DNA of 64,000 nt from an uncultured Planctomycetia bacterium (GTDB lineage Bacteria; Omnitrophota; Gorgyraeia; JABMRG01), in contig CAZWMG010000002.1 of NCBI GenBank assembly GCA_964634945.1, positions 102,661 through 166,660 of the forward strand. The letters run 5' to 3'. Positions 42,501 through 45,500 of this stretch are shown one piece after another. The first letter of the stretch is position 1; every line of letters begins with the position of its first letter. The notes under the pieces were generated by a model. It did no database searches and had not been told where the DNA came from. It saw only the letters and a list, made by a program, of their open reading frames with translations. The translations under genes and the position numbers were made by a program.

Positions 42501-45500
42501 AAAATGCCTGGAAGCATTAAATGCAGCGGAACAAAAAGATAAAGTTAGCCTATTCCATTTGAAGCAGCTTGAAAAAGAATCTGATATGCCAAATATTTTG
42601 AAGATAAATCCAGGTACAGAAGAAAATAAGAAGCTTATAATAGATGGCTGGAGAATAAGAAGGCATCTGGTGGAGATGCTTGGTAAGGCAGGCTATGCTC
42701 AGGATACAGGGATTAATCTTGCAGAACAGGCAGAAAGAATAGGCCAGGATAAAAGCCTAAGCGGTAAGGTATTATTCTATTTCATGCAGAATAAGTATAA
42801 TATGGGCACCGGAGGTGAACCGTATAATTTGAAAACCATAGGGCTTGCTGATGGAAATGATTTAGGCCAGAGAGAACTTCTGGCATTGTTGGTGGAATAT
42901 TTCTTAGGTAACGCAAACAAGGATACGGAACTTATAGATCCCCCTAAAGCGGCATATGTATTATATGACTGGACGCCGTTTGGTTTTAAATCCGCTGCTA
43001 TGAACGCTATTGATATGGTTCCCGAGCACTCATCAGATATAGGTTCTATGGTTGTTATGGACAGGGATGCCACGGTCCATGATCTGGATAGTTATATATA
43101 TGATTTAAAACGAATACGCCGTGATGAAGAGATCGCGATAATAGTGCCTGGCAGGGGAACTACCAACACGCTTACTACAATAGGCAAGGCTTCACAGCTT
43201 ATAGAGGAAGGCCATAGATCGTATTTAAGCGGTGTAATGGGGCTTTTAGGCGGAACTCAGGGCGAGTTCGTTGGTACAGGATGGGGCAACATGTTAAGAG
43301 TTACCATGGCAGAGTCTCTCGAAGCGCTAGGTGCTCCGGATTACCCAACACCTTCCATTACCAAGGCGTTACGAAAAAAACATAAAGGATTCTTTGATAG
43401 GTTATTTGCCAATAGTTTTGGCCTTAGAGGGTATGTACCGAATGCGGTTGGTATAAGCGAAGATATTTGGGCTGTTGTTCAGGCCGGTGAAACGCAGATC
43501 GGACTTGGTAGAATTCCGAAGATGCTCGTATCCAAAGCCTTTTGGCACAAGATACGAGAGACCTTTACTCACGCGGAATGGTTTACAGCCTTTCCAAGGT
43601 GGTCAGGCGGCCTTATGCAGATGAACAATGATATTATTATGCAAAGAGCAACATTCTTTGGTCCGTTTAGTGTCTTTGCAAAAGAGGTGAGGCAATTAGG
43701 GGGCGATTTCTTCACTAGTTCACCTTTCGCGCTTCTTAATATATTGATAATGACCGTTGCGGTATGGGGAGGATTCAGCCCGTTTTATGGTATCCTGCTT
43801 GGTTTTTGGCTTGTAGGGTTTGTGTTTACTAATATATTAATGGTTCATGGGCTCATAGCTTATCTTGAAGGAAGCGGCTTTAATACCATAACAGCATTAG
43901 CCTCAGGTCTTATAGTTGGGGCTTTAATGCCATGGAACCTGCCTCTTATCGCAATAGGTTTTGTTCTTGGAGGATTCATCGTAGGCGGTAGTAAGTGGTT
44001 ATTAAGCAGGCCAAGGGATATGATATTATTTCCTTTACAGCTTGTTATACACGCCTTTGCGCAGATTAAAAACGCCTCTTTGATATCTGTTAAGGCCGCA
44101 AGAAAGCTGGAATCTATGGCAAGTAGGGTCAATGATAACGCAGGTGCATGGGTAAAAGATGCTTCAGAAAGAATGTCTCTCAAGTTTGGCTTATCAGGAG
44201 CAGCATTACCTGTTTCTAGCATAATAGATATACCTGCGGTTAAGAGTGATACCAAGAAAAACTTTATAAGCATGCGCAACATAGCATTTTTAGGAGCCGG
44301 GTCTGTTTTGATAAGCATGGTTGCAGTATACGCGCTTAATATCCAAAATGTTGTAATGCTTTTGGCGGGATTGATATTTAGTGTAGGTATTCTTGAAGGG
44401 CCAAATTATACAAATTTAAAAGAAGGTGGTTATTGGATACGGAATGAATATATGCGGAGAATAGTTGTTTTTGCGCTTAATATTATGCCAAAGGTAGCAG
44501 GAGCAACAGTTGCCGTAACAACGCTTGTGTGTTTACATTTCGCCAGAATTATGCTCCTAACCAATCCATTGGCCGCAGCTATACTCTTTTCTTCAGCTAT
44601 CGCTATAGCAGGCATTGTATATGGCGTATGGAGAAGTACAGATCATTATAAGGTAATAGCTCTACATAAAGCTATCTTGAAAAAGGCTAAGGATAATAAG
44701 AGTATTTTAGAAAGTATGCATCTAAAATATGGCTCAAATGTAGAGTTTAATGACATGACTAACCTGGTAAAGAATAATTACAGGGATATGCTATATGATA
44801 TTGTAACAAGCAAAGAGTATAAAGGCCCAGAAGCATTTGTGAACCACTTAAAAGACTTAAAAGACTTAAAAGACTCAAAAGACTCAAAAGACTCAAGAGG
44901 CTCAAAAGACTCAAAAGACTCAAAAGACTTAAAAGCCTCAAAAGAGAAAGACTTAAGAAAAATAATTATAAGTAAAAGCTTGAAAAAATTAGATACAAAT
45001 TTACTGATTAAGAGAGAGATAAGAACCAGGCTTGTTTCAGAGTTTATCCGCTCGTATAGGCTTAATCTACTTTTGTTCGTATGGATATTTCTCCCAAGTT
45101 TACCGGCGAATATTAATTACTTTCTGCATTCAGGAGGAGACCGTATAATAGAAACAGCATCAGAGTTTTTCAAGCCATTTGTCTTGCCTCTGCAGGTAAT
45201 GTTTTATTATATATTAGCAGGGCAGATTGTTGGTTCTGTGCAGCTTGCATATTGGAAAAACAGGACAGTTAAGATTACAAGGGGTATCGACAGGTTACCG
45301 TTAACAGGCAATAGACAAAAAGCAGAGGCATTATTGTCTTTACTTAAGATATATCTGGAGCAGAGGAGTTATGGTTATGTAAAGAAGACATACAATGATA
45401 TTAAGCTTGTTTTGGGTGCAACGCTTGATTCGTCTCCGATAGAGAGTACACAGGACGATTCTCCATCGCAATCGCTATCACAAACAGCTACTGGTTTTGA

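Noticed and set aside
44759-44941. 60-aa minus-strand ORF encoding (LLS)n
   Set aside because: It is the antisense image of the in-frame (KDS/KDL)n microsatellite of the giant gene.
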